A stretch of 56,142 nt of DNA, the filler included, from an uncultured bacterium (GTDB lineage: Bacteria; AUK180): NCBI GenBank assembly GCA_937863565.1. It is 4 parts of 4 records of this genome, joined end to end, with 100 filler letters (N's around TTAATTAATTAA, not from the genome) between each part and the next. Parts side by side here need not be neighbours in the genome. Positions count along the whole stretch, not along the records: positions 10,680 to 23,112 come from CALMGJ010000028.1; positions 23,213 to 34,202 come from CALMGJ010000029.1; 2 more parts are not named here. One strand, written 5' to 3'. This document shows, in pieces, positions 18,151 through 27,126 of the stretch. The notes below the pieces were generated by a model. The model was not told where the DNA came from. It saw only the letters and a list, made by a program, of their open reading frames with translations, and searched no databases. The translations under genes and the position numbers were made by a program. The first letter of the stretch is position 1. Every line of letters starts with the position of its first letter.

Positions 18151-18782
18151 ATCTTCTCCTGATTGTCCGCACGCCACTCGGCTATCTTCTTGTGATTGCC
18201 GGAAAGCAGTTCCTCCGGGACCTTCATCCCCTTGAAATCCCTGGGGCGCGTATACTGCGGATAATCCCTCTTCGCTTTGAGATTATACGTTTCGTTCTCA
18301 ACGACCTCCGGGTCGAGTATCAGAGGATCGTAACGCGATACTGCTTCAATGAACGCCATTGCGGGTACCTCGCCCCCGAAGAGCACATATCTCCCTATCG
18401 AGATCTCGTCGTCCACGAATTTGAGGAATCTGTTATCCACACCCTCATAGCGGCCGCAAAAAAGGAGCAGATGCCCGTATCTGCGGAAGCGCTTTGCCCG
18501 GGCCGAAGTCAGAAGTTTTCCTCCGGCGCTGAAAAGCACCGTTCTTGTATCCTTCTTCTTCAAATTCGAATAGGCATTGTACAGGGGCTCCAGCATGAGG
18601 ATCATACCCCTGCCGCCGCCGAAGGGATAGTCGTCCGTCTGGCGGTGCTTATACGGTGAGAAATCCCTGAGGTCATGTATCTTGATGTCAACAAGCCCTT
18701 CTCTACCTGCTTTGAGGAGCATTCCCGAGTTCTTGAACGGTTCCAGAAGTTCAGGGAATATTGTTACGATGTCTATCTTCAC
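18147..18782 (-). CDS. trmD: tRNA (guanine-N1)-methyltransferase
   Basis: IVTIFPE; DDYPFGGGRGM; CGRYEGVDNR; ISIGRYVLFGGE; YPQYTRP; VPEELLSGNH. Confidence 0.95.
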   Translation of the reverse strand: MKIDIVTIFPELLEPFKNSGMLLKAGREGLVDIKIHDLRDFSPYKHRQTDDYPFGGGRGMILMLEPLYNAYSNLKKKDTRTVLFSAGGKLLTSARAKRFRRYGHLLLFCGRYEGVDNRFLKFVDDEISIGRYVLFGGEVPAMAFIEAVSRYDPLILDPEVVENETYNLKAKRDYPQYTRPRDFKGMKVPEELLSGNHKKIAEWRADNQEKI

Positions 18783-19300
18783 AGCATCGCGTCAGCCCGG
18801 GAGCTGAGGAGCACCCTTTTCTCTTCAATATCGAAACCTTCGATCAGCTCATCGAGTACAGGGATATTGACGACCGTTCCGTCCTCTTTTTTTATGTTCA
18901 GGATATCGTAATGCGGAGATTCGCTGAAACCGCATACTGTTCCCACATAACGGCCGGAGGCGTTAAAGCAAGTGAAGCCTTCGATATCCGAGTAGTAGAT
19001 CTCGTCATCTCCCCGGGGCAGATCGCATTCATCTATAAAAACGGAATATCCGCAGTACCTTTCCGCATCGGACATGGTTCCGCACCCTTCGATCCTGATG
19101 ATATTCGCGTTCTTGTGCCTCCTGCCCTCTTCAAGGACCACGGTGATCTCGTCGCCGTTCTTTCCTTCGAGATACAGGCGTTTTCCCGCAAGGCCGGCAA
19201 GTTCCACCGTCCATCCGGAATAGAGTTTCAGCTCCCCTTTATTCCCGAAAGCGCCGGTTATTTGACCGAGCAGTAAGCGTTCTTTACGCTTTTCCGTCAT
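18779..19300 (-). CDS. rimM: 16S rRNA processing protein RimM
   Basis: GQITGAFGNKGELK; YYSDIEG; PRC-barrel C-terminus; operon position. Confidence 0.88.
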   Translation of the reverse strand: MTEKRKERLLLGQITGAFGNKGELKLYSGWTVELAGLAGKRLYLEGKNGDEITVVLEEGRRHKNANIIRIEGCGTMSDAERYCGYSVFIDECDLPRGDDEIYYSDIEGFTCFNASGRYVGTVCGFSESPHYDILNIKKEDGTVVNIPVLDELIEGFDIEEKRVLLSSRADAML

Positions 19301-19523
19301 TGAACCTTACTTTGGCTCCCCGGCCGTGTTTGCGCGCCATTGCGTTAACAAGCGTCCTGATCGCGTTCGCGGTGCGGCCGGATTTCCCGATGACCTTGCC
19401 CACATCTTCCTGAGCCACATTTATCTCGAAGATAAAAGCAGAGGGGTCCTGGATCTCATCCACCCTTACCGCATCCTTATTATCTACTAATTCGCGGATG
19501 ATCCCTTCAAGAATTTCCTTCAT
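19284..19523 (-). CDS. khpA: KH-domain RNA-binding protein
   Basis: EDVGKVIGKSGRTANAIRTL; between rpsP and rimM. Confidence 0.9.
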   Translation of the reverse strand: MKEILEGIIRELVDNKDAVRVDEIQDPSAFIFEINVAQEDVGKVIGKSGRTANAIRTLVNAMARKHGRGAKVRFNDGKA

Positions 19524-19541
19524 ATCGCTCTCCGGGGATCT

Positions 19542-19925
19542 TTACTGCTGCGGGGCCGCCTCGGGTGCCGCTTCGCTTTCTTTCTTCTTGGGCACTCTTT
19601 CCGATTTCGGCCTTCCGAGAAGCTGTATCTCCTTGGGCTGAAGGACTTCTACCTTCTCGTCCTTTTTGTAGGTTTCATACCATTTGAAGAAACCGTATTT
19701 CCGAAGAAGGGTCCTCACGACCTCGGTGGGCACCGCGCCTTTCTTGATCCAGCCGGCAATCTTGCCGGAATCCACGTCAAGTTTCAATTTTCCGTGAATG
19801 GGATCGTAAAACCCGAGCTTGTCGATGAAAACGCCGTCGCGGGGTTCGCGCGAATCGGCGACTATCAGCCGGTAATAGGGCTGATGCTTCTTTCCAACTT
19901 TTCTTAGGCGTATCTTTATAGCCAT
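19542..19925 (-). CDS. rpsP: 30S ribosomal protein S16 with C-terminal extension
   Basis: MAIKIRLRKVGKKHQPYYRLIVADSREPRDG.FI..LG.YDP; WIKKGAVPTEVV. Confidence 0.95.
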   Translation of the reverse strand: MAIKIRLRKVGKKHQPYYRLIVADSREPRDGVFIDKLGFYDPIHGKLKLDVDSGKIAGWIKKGAVPTEVVRTLLRKYGFFKWYETYKKDEKVEVLQPKEIQLLGRPKSERVPKKKESEAAPEAAPQQ

Positions 19926-19945
19926 AAAACCTCCGTTCCCATATA

Positions 19946-21268
19946 TTACATAGGAAAGTTCATATTCTTGAACATCTTTTTGAAATTGCTTTTCTTCATC
20001 ATTTTTTTCGACATCTCGAAATTCTTGATGAACCTGTTCACATCGTCAAGTGAGTTCCCGCTGCCTTTTGCTATCCTTTTCCTACGCGAGAAATCAATCG
20101 TTCTCGGGTCTATCCTTTCGGCAGGCGTCATCGAGAGTATCATCGCTTCGATATGCTTGAGGTCGTTCTCGGTCGGAATCTGAGCGCGCATCTGTTTATT
20201 CATTGAGGAAAAACCGGGAATCATCTCCATTAGCGATTCCAGGGAGCCCATCTTCTTCAGTTCCTTCATCTGCTCCAGGTAATCATTGAAATTGAATTCC
20301 GCTTTTAGAAGTTTCTCAACGCTCTCCTTGGCCTTCTCCTCGTCGAAACTCTCCTTTGATTTTTCTATGAGCGTGAGAAGGTCACCCATCCCGAGTATCC
20401 TGCTTGCCACTCTTTCCGGATAAAAATATTCCAGATCCCCTATCTTCTCTCCGGTCCCTGCGAAGATAACGGGCGCGCCGGATATATGCCGTACGCTCAG
20501 CGCGGCTCCGCCCCTTGTATCGGAGTCGAGTTTAGTCAAAACTGCGCCGGTAACGGACAGTTTCTCATGGAATTCCTTGGTCATAACGGCCGCCTGCTGG
20601 CCGATCATAGCATCGACGACGAGTACGATCTCATCGGCTTTGGCCAGTTTCTTGATGTCGAGCGCTTCGTCCATCAGGTCCTTGTCTATGTGCAGCCGGC
20701 CGGCCGTATCGAGAAGGAGAAGTTCGCACCCCGTCCTCTCCGCATGCTCTCTTGCTTTTTTCGCAATCGCGGCAGCCTTCTTCTCGCTGTTCTCGAAAAA
20801 ATCCAACCCGTTGCTTTTTGCGAGTATCCTCAACTGTTCGATAGCGGCGGGTCTGTTCACATCGCAGGAAGCGACAATGACCTTGAATCCCTTCGCTTTG
20901 AAAAAATATGCGATCTTGGCAGTATTGGTCGTTTTCCCCGAACCCTGCAGTCCTACGATCTCCCAGACATTAAGGCGGCCGCGCTGCGGTTCCAAGATAA
21001 ATTCTTTCCCGCCGAGAACGGAAGTGAATTCCTTATAGACGATATCGATAATCTGCTGGTACGGCGTTAGCGATTGAAGGACCTTCTCCCCTACAGCTTT
21101 CTCCTTGATGGCGGCTATAAGATCAGATGCGGCTTTGTAATGCACATCGGCCTCGAGAAGAGCTATGCGCACTTCCCGGAGGATTTTCTCCACCAGATCC
21201 GCAGTCAGGTGTTTTCCCTTGAGCTTGCTCAGTATCGCGTTAAGTTTATCCTTGATGTTCTCAAGCAT
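19946..21268 (-). CDS. ffh: Signal recognition particle protein
   Basis: ALLEADV; GLQGSGKTT; DTAGR; TKLD.D.RGGAALS; SRILGMGD; M domain; start taken at MLENIK (21268). Confidence 0.95.
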   Translation of the reverse strand: MLENIKDKLNAILSKLKGKHLTADLVEKILREVRIALLEADVHYKAASDLIAAIKEKAVGEKVLQSLTPYQQIIDIVYKEFTSVLGGKEFILEPQRGRLNVWEIVGLQGSGKTTNTAKIAYFFKAKGFKVIVASCDVNRPAAIEQLRILAKSNGLDFFENSEKKAAAIAKKAREHAERTGCELLLLDTAGRLHIDKDLMDEALDIKKLAKADEIVLVVDAMIGQQAAVMTKEFHEKLSVTGAVLTKLDSDTRGGAALSVRHISGAPVIFAGTGEKIGDLEYFYPERVASRILGMGDLLTLIEKSKESFDEEKAKESVEKLLKAEFNFNDYLEQMKELKKMGSLESLMEMIPGFSSMNKQMRAQIPTENDLKHIEAMILSMTPAERIDPRTIDFSRRKRIAKGSGNSLDDVNRFIKNFEMSKKMMKKSNFKKMFKNMNFPM

Positions 21269-21563
21269 TCCTTGTTTCCTTCTCCGCTTTTCTGTAGAGC
21301 ATTTCATTTTCCTTTTTCATGAAATCGAGCATGCCGCGCATCTTCGATACGCCGAGTTCCGATTCAATCTTCTCGAGCCGGACCAAGCCCCTGTTTATAA
21401 CATCATATACGCACTGCCTTGATACGGAGCATTTCTCGCCTATCTCCTCCAGCGTGCAGTTATCCACATAATACATTGCAAGATAGGTCCTCTGCTTTCT
21501 GGAAAGCAGAGCCCCGTACACTTCAAGTAATTGTCCGGCTCTGAAAAAATCTTTGTTTTTCAT
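21261..21563 (-). CDS. ylxM: YlxM-like DNA-binding protein (UPF0122)
   Basis: LLEVYGALLSRKQR.YLAMYY.D..TLEEIGE...VSRQ.VYD.I.R; directly upstream of ffh; start reassigned to MKNKDFF (21563). Confidence 0.88.
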   Translation of the reverse strand: MKNKDFFRAGQLLEVYGALLSRKQRTYLAMYYVDNCTLEEIGEKCSVSRQCVYDVINRGLVRLEKIESELGVSKMRGMLDFMKKENEMLYRKAEKETRNA

Positions 21564-21569
21564 ATACGG

Positions 21570-21598
21570 ATTATAATGGATTTTTAATTTTAAGTCAA
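21570..21598 (-). promoter_or_regulatory. sigma70 promoter of the ylxM-ffh operon; leaderless first gene
   Basis: TTGACT-N17-TATAAT-N6-ATG. Confidence 0.78.
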
Positions 21599-21667
21599 GT
21601 TTTTTTTTTGACTTAGCAATAAACTGGGAATTATATTTATTGCATATTTCGTTAATTGATTCTTTGA

Positions 21668-21810
21668 AAAGGACATCGCATGCCGCAATAACATTCCCCT
21701 GTATGTCCGTGATGCCGAGCTCCTCTTTTACCATCCTCGTTCCGTCTTCGGCGTATTCATAATGCTTAGTCAGAATGCGCTCCCTGTTCCCGTACGCATA
21801 CGGTCCCTTT
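21668..21810 (-). pseudogene. Rhs/YD-repeat core fragment
   Basis: GC-richer patch translating to YAYGNRERILTKHYEYAEDGTRMVKEELGITDIQGNVIAACD, resembling YD-repeat and Rhs-core motifs. Confidence 0.5.
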
Positions 21811-21839
21811 ATTAGTTTGCTGAATGTTTTTATTAATAT

Positions 21840-22841
21840 TTACATTTTTCGCTTTTTAGTGAATAATATGAGGGTAATTATTATTGTTAATATTACACAT
21901 ATCATCTTGCATGTTCTCAATAATCCCGATAATACTATTTCAATATAAACACGGTTTTTATATTTATATTTTGTGAATTCATCGTATTGCTTTATAAATG
22001 AGTCTGTATACGTATCATAAGAAAATAATTTCAGCGGTAGTAAAATAATAATTTTCTTACTATTATGCAGTCTTTGATATCTCACATAGTATTCCGGGGA
22101 TGGAGACATAAATATTATATTCCCGTCCATTTGAAATACTTTAAAATCCTTTTTCGTAATAAAACTTTTGTATTTTAATTTGTTCGATGCAGATTGTCCG
22201 CTTTCTATATATTCTTTTGCATATTTTTTAAGTAAATGTCTTTCAGCATAAATCATATCATATTTATTTACTTTAAATAACACCCTTGAAATTCCAATTA
22301 TAAGAAGTACAAGTATTGTAAAGAATATAATATTTTCTTTAAGAGTATTTCTTATTTTTAATACTATAAAAAGCAATATCAGTAATGAGGCTATAATTAA
22401 TAAATACATTTTATAATATCTGTTATTATCATAAATATCTTTCCATTTCTGACCTGGCTCTAATTCATATGTAATTAATGATATTGTATCAGTTGGTTTT
22501 CTTGTACGGAAATATTTTCCCTTTATGAATACAGAATCTTTGTTTGTTTCAATATGAAGTGCACTAATTATTTCTTTATCAATTGGGAAAGAATCAGGAA
22601 AGATTTTCATATTTTGTGGATAATGTCCCTCTTTTTGGTAATATTGATAAAAATAATAATATAGATATTCTATTATCTCCTCCTCATTCCACATTGATGT
22701 CTGGCGCCTTATTCCGGGATAATTTATCATATAAATCATGCCAATATTAGCTATCAGCATTAATATCATTAATACCAGCAGTATTATTAATGAACTACTT
22801 CTTCTATGATTTCTTTTCTGATCATTAACATTATCATCCAT
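21840..22841 (-). CDS. AT-rich multi-TM hypothetical protein, candidate Rhs immunity protein
   Basis: 333-aa ORF with about 4 TM segments and GGAGGAG RBS; markedly AT-rich; directly downstream of an Rhs-core remnant. Confidence 0.6.
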   Translation of the reverse strand: MDDNVNDQKRNHRRSSSLIILLVLMILMLIANIGMIYMINYPGIRRQTSMWNEEEIIEYLYYYFYQYYQKEGHYPQNMKIFPDSFPIDKEIISALHIETNKDSVFIKGKYFRTRKPTDTISLITYELEPGQKWKDIYDNNRYYKMYLLIIASLLILLFIVLKIRNTLKENIIFFTILVLLIIGISRVLFKVNKYDMIYAERHLLKKYAKEYIESGQSASNKLKYKSFITKKDFKVFQMDGNIIFMSPSPEYYVRYQRLHNSKKIIILLPLKLFSYDTYTDSFIKQYDEFTKYKYKNRVYIEIVLSGLLRTCKMICVILTIIITLILFTKKRKM

Positions 22842-22991
22842 GGAGAGCTCCTCCCTACTTGTTCTTCAAGCTACTTTAAATCATTTTTAGTTTGTGCTGT
22901 ATATATATCGTCATTTCTCTGTGGATTATCAATATTTATCCCTAATTTACCCCAGATCTTCACCTCCTCATATGTAGCAATATATTCCGCC

Positions 22992-23111
22992 TTATTCCTT
23001 GATGATATAGGCTGTATCAGTAACATATATTGTATAATCATCTTCAGTCAAACCTAACGGATCCGTATAATTCACCGGGCTGTTCAGGCAGTAATGATAT
23101 TTATTGAGGTT
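22992..23111 (-). pseudogene. Rhs repeat-associated core C-terminus with truncated or frameshifted toxin tip (5' end lost at the contig edge)
   Basis: NLNKYHYCLNSPVNYTDPLGL matches the NLYxYxxNxPxxxxDPxG Rhs motif; stop codon 18 codons after DPLGL. Confidence 0.75.
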
Positions 23112-23112
23112 C

Positions 23113-23212
23113 NNNNNNNNNNNNNNNNNNNNNNNNNNNNNNNNNNNNNNNNNNNNTTAATTAATTAANNNNNNNNNNNNNNNNNNNNNNNNNNNNNNNN
23201 NNNNNNNNNNNN
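23113..23212. other. Artificial contig-join spacer
   Basis: N-run with TTAATTAATTAA. Confidence 0.97.
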
Positions 23213-24235
23213 TTTATCGAAAGAGATGTTTATTTCCCACGGGAATATTTGCGGTGTCCAATTATAATATACATCTACCCATCTTATTCTGTCAATGCCA
23301 TCATTTATCGGACCTTCGAAAATAAACTTCCCGTCTTTATTGTACATAATTGTTTCTTTCATTTCTTGATTCCAAATAAACTCAATATTATTATATATTA
23401 ATTTGTTTCTATTACACTGAGTAACCGTTCTTTCTTCAAGATTAATATCACATAAAATACTATCGAATGCATAGCGGATATCACTATTACCATTATCGAT
23501 GTATGAACATAGATAAATATGTGCATCGTCATATTTTAATATTTCCCCAACTAACCTTAGAGGATGTGAATCAAAGCACGAATTACAGGTTAATGGGGTT
23601 ACTTCTTCAACTTCATTGTTTCTGTTCTGCTTTATTAGGGTATATTCATCATAATTAGTGAACCGAAATGTATAATATTCATTGTTATATTTAACGTATC
23701 CTAAATTATACCGGGAATTAATTGTTTCTTTTTTTAAAACTGCATTATCCTCATTTTTTATTATATATAATTGTACTCTGTATAAGGGATCATGATTATA
23801 GAAAGTGCGTTGTTTTGTTTTTATCCCCTTTATCAATGTTGAATTAGCCATGCGATCCTCTATATATGAAATAATACAACAATCTTCATCAGTGTAGAAG
23901 TGGATATTACTTAAACAATCATAATAGTCAGCAATAAAGGGAGAATCCAGGAATATTTCTTTGCTTTTAACAGGAAGAAATGCAATATTTTTAAATTCTT
24001 TTTTTTCCGGATGATAAAAATAAAAGCGACCTAAACTTGTATAGTGAAGTAAAATGTAGCCTTCTTTAAATAATTTCGGAAAATTAAAGTATTTAATTTG
24101 CTTTTTAGCTTCTTTTGTTCTATAAATATAATAATATCCTTTTGATATTAATAATCTCCTTATAGGTTTATTTGATAGTGCTACTAAGATGAATAATGCC
24201 AATATACTGCAAATAATGATTTGTAATTTTTTCAT
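23213..24235 (-). CDS. AT-rich exported or membrane-anchored hypothetical protein (3'-truncated)
   Basis: N-terminal hydrophobic anchor; GGAGGAG RBS; no stop before the gap. Confidence 0.65.
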
Positions 24236-24387
24236 ATCTCCTCCTCCCTACAGTTCACTGAAATATGAAACGAGAACGATTGTTTCTTTTGTCGCATTTC
24301 CATCTTTTTACTTCCACTGCCCCCTGCCATTGGGCTATTTTTCCCTGATTAACTATTTATTGCTTAAATGCTTTTCCAATCTCTTTG

Positions 24388-25428
24388 CTAATTGCCGTTC
24401 AATTCATGAAGAGCGAGTTCGGAGATCCTTTTATCCCCTATCGATTCCGCCAGACGGTGTGCTTCGAGAAAGCCCTTCCTGGCCTTCTCTTCTCTGCCGA
24501 GGAGTTTTTCCGCTTTGGAAATATTGTAAAGTACAGTTGCCTCCGACTTTCTGTCTCCCGATTCCCGGAAGATGAACAGCGCCTCGCGGAATTTCTTTAT
24601 CGCCTTCTCATGTTCGTTAGTGATCTTGTAGATCGCGGCAATATTAGTGATAACGAGAGCTTCCCCTCTTTTATTCCCAGAGTCCCGGAACATCTTGAGT
24701 GCTCTTTTGTACTGAATTACCGCTTCCTTGTGTTTTCCCTGGATCTTTAGAACGAGCGCGATATTATTTATATTATACCCCTTCAGATACGTATCTCCCG
24801 TTCTCTCGCAGAGAGAGAGCGCTTCTCTGTAGCAGTTTAAGGCCTCGTCGGTCCTGCCCTGTTTGCGGTGCAAGTGTCCGATATTTGTAAGACAGCTCGA
24901 GGTCCCGTTCGGATGTTCCACTTTTTTGAAATATGTCAGGGCCTCGCTCAAATACGCAAGGGCTTTTTCATCCTCTCCGCATTCAAGATAAGCCATTCCG
25001 ATATTGTTCACGCTTGCTCCGCGGCCGGAGCTGTCGCCGGTTCTATTGTACACTTCAAGGGCTTTCTTGTAATAATCTATTGCCTTTGGATAATCCGATC
25101 TGGCTCTATGTACCACACCGTAGATATTGTAGCACTGCGCGAGGCCCTGCATGTCGTCTGCCGCTTCAATGATCGGCAGGGCCTCGTTTATGTCCTCCAG
25201 AACTTCCCGATATCTGTTCGTAGCATTGAAAACAGCCGCCCGCTGAAGCAGGGAGGCCGCCAGTGGCACCTTGAGGCCCTTTTCTCTCGATATCCCTACG
25301 GCATTGCAGGCATCCTCTAGTGCTTTTCCATTATTCCCAACAGTATTGTAAAGGTAGGAGCGGGATACGAGCCATTCAATGAAGTTGACAGGGCCCGTCC
25401 TGTTCTTTTCTTCTGCTCCGTTTTTCAT
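24388..25428 (-). CDS. Tetratricopeptide repeat protein
   Basis: Repeated NNIG..Y...G....AL.YY..AL units of ~40 aa. Confidence 0.87.
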   Translation of the reverse strand: MKNGAEEKNRTGPVNFIEWLVSRSYLYNTVGNNGKALEDACNAVGISREKGLKVPLAASLLQRAAVFNATNRYREVLEDINEALPIIEAADDMQGLAQCYNIYGVVHRARSDYPKAIDYYKKALEVYNRTGDSSGRGASVNNIGMAYLECGEDEKALAYLSEALTYFKKVEHPNGTSSCLTNIGHLHRKQGRTDEALNCYREALSLCERTGDTYLKGYNINNIALVLKIQGKHKEAVIQYKRALKMFRDSGNKRGEALVITNIAAIYKITNEHEKAIKKFREALFIFRESGDRKSEATVLYNISKAEKLLGREEKARKGFLEAHRLAESIGDKRISELALHELNGN

Positions 25429-25458
25429 TTTATCCGAACACGGTATTATACCAGATTT

Positions 25459-26157
25459 TCATCCGATATCGAAATCGATCCCGTAAGTAAAGAAATTTCC
25501 CCGCCGGGAACTACGGAGTGAGAGACCGCGGATATTTTTCGCTACGACAGTTGTAAGAACGGCCGAGAAGAAAATGTCCGAAAACCAGTGTTTATCAAGA
25601 TAAACTCTGGCAAATGATACGAGAAAGGCCGCCGGGAAAGCGTATTTTTCACAACCGAACTCATAGCCGAGGGTCATTAATACAGTGAAAATGATCTGGG
25701 TGTGTCCGCTCGGGAAAGAATCATTTCCCGAAAAAGGCCGGAAGGAATAATTCCCCTTTTCCCTGAACGGCCTCTCCCTGCCTAAAGGATATCTTATTGC
25801 GCTTATGGCAAGGCCGGAAACGGCATATGTAACAAGCATATTCCCCGTTATCCTTTCGGCATGACGCCATTTTAAAAACCGGGAGATCCCGAATACTGAA
25901 AGCGACGCGGGAAGAAAAAGTTTCCACTCGCCGAGATAGTTAACCGATCTGAAAAATCCGTCGGCAAAAACGGAATGAAGCCGCGCGGCGGTCTCAGTTC
26001 TTACAAATCCGTCTAAAAAAGAGGCGAACACGGTACCCGCAGACAGCGTGAGCGCCGTTTCAAGCGCATCAGACCCTTCTTTGTTTCCGGGTCCTGAGCC
26101 ACGGGGAAAGGCGGAAAGGGAAACGATAAGCAATATCAAAAGCGGTATTTTTTTCAA
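25459..26157 (-). CDS. PAP2-family membrane phosphatase
   Basis: GRERP; SFPSGH; SFARVYLDKHWFSDI. Confidence 0.87.
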   Translation of the reverse strand: MKKIPLLILLIVSLSAFPRGSGPGNKEGSDALETALTLSAGTVFASFLDGFVRTETAARLHSVFADGFFRSVNYLGEWKLFLPASLSVFGISRFLKWRHAERITGNMLVTYAVSGLAISAIRYPLGRERPFREKGNYSFRPFSGNDSFPSGHTQIIFTVLMTLGYEFGCEKYAFPAAFLVSFARVYLDKHWFSDIFFSAVLTTVVAKNIRGLSLRSSRRGNFFTYGIDFDIG

Positions 26158-27002
26158 ATCCGAATTATGATATTATCTATCAGCCTTGTATTGCCTACGA
26201 AGAAAGCGCCGGCAAGAACGAGTTTCCCGGAGGGCTTTTTTTTCTCGTCGAAAAGGGAAAGCATATCGGCATCGTAGAAACCGAGATAATCCGTTTTCAT
26301 TCCTTTAAGATATTCTTTTTTAAGAAGCGCCGTTATCTCCCCGGCTTTCAACTTTTTCAGTCCTGCAAGACGCGAGCCCTCCCGGAGAGCCTTGTTTATC
26401 CTGACGGCTTTAGTATAATCATCCTTGCTCAGATAAGCATTCCGCGAGGAGAGGGCCAGGCCGTTTCGATCCCGAATTATAGGGCATCCGATGATATTCA
26501 CGGGCATATCGAGGTCGTCCGTCATCTTCTTTATGATCACGAACTGCTGATAATCCTTAAGACCGAAATAGGCATTGCCCGGCCTTACGATATTGAAAAG
26601 TTTTAAAACGATAGTGCATACGCCGTCGAAATGACCGGGCCTGCTCGCGCCGCACATCACGCTTTGAAGACCCTCGACATGTACGGAAGTCCCGAGGTCC
26701 TTCCCTAAGATGTCTCCCGACTGAGGAGAGAAAAGGATATCGCATCCAGCGAGTTTTAGAAATTCCGAATCCTTCTCAAGATCCCGGGGGTACTTTTTAA
26801 AATCCTCCTTCGGGCCGAACTGCAGAGGATTGACGAAGATCGAGGCAATAACGATATTACAATCCTTTTTCGCTTTCCTGATAAGAGAAAGATGCCCCTC
26901 GTGCAGGGCCCCCATAGTAGGAACGAGCCCTATGATGTTCATCTTGCACAGATCGCCCCTTATCTTCGCCATCTCTTTTACAGTTTTTACCGTTCTCATC
27001 AT
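26154..27002 (-). CDS. panC: Pantoate--beta-alanine ligase
   Basis: VPTMGALHEGHLSL; SIFVNPLQF; SRPGHFDGV; YFGLKDYQQ; GLALSSRN; RLIDN. Confidence 0.95.
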   Translation of the reverse strand: MMRTVKTVKEMAKIRGDLCKMNIIGLVPTMGALHEGHLSLIRKAKKDCNIVIASIFVNPLQFGPKEDFKKYPRDLEKDSEFLKLAGCDILFSPQSGDILGKDLGTSVHVEGLQSVMCGASRPGHFDGVCTIVLKLFNIVRPGNAYFGLKDYQQFVIIKKMTDDLDMPVNIIGCPIIRDRNGLALSSRNAYLSKDDYTKAVRINKALREGSRLAGLKKLKAGEITALLKKEYLKGMKTDYLGFYDADMLSLFDEKKKPSGKLVLAGAFFVGNTRLIDNIIIRI

Positions 27003-27091
27003 CCTTTCTCCTCGATTCCAAGGCCTATTCTATTATATCCGGGTAATTTTAACATTTTTACGGTATATTTTCAATAAAATACGGAAAACTC

Positions 27092-27120
27092 TTGACTACT
27101 AAAAATATTTTTAGTATAAT
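27092..27120 (+). promoter_or_regulatory. sigma70 promoter of the accessory dnaE, with a perfect 20-bp palindromic operator over the spacer
   Basis: TTGACT(27092)-N17-TATAAT(27115); TACTAAAAAT|ATTTTTAGTA at 27097-27116. Confidence 0.78.
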
Positions 27121-27126
27121 ATGGCG

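Noticed and set aside
21591-21615. Inverted repeat TAAGTCAA-N9-TTGACTTA at the ylxM -35 box
   Set aside because: Could be back-to-back -35 elements or chance in an AT-rich tract; no divergent gene supports it
21564-21734. 57-aa N-terminal extension of YlxM in the ORF track
   Set aside because: Runs through the ylxM promoter; the upstream part is an Rhs-like fragment that happens to be in frame
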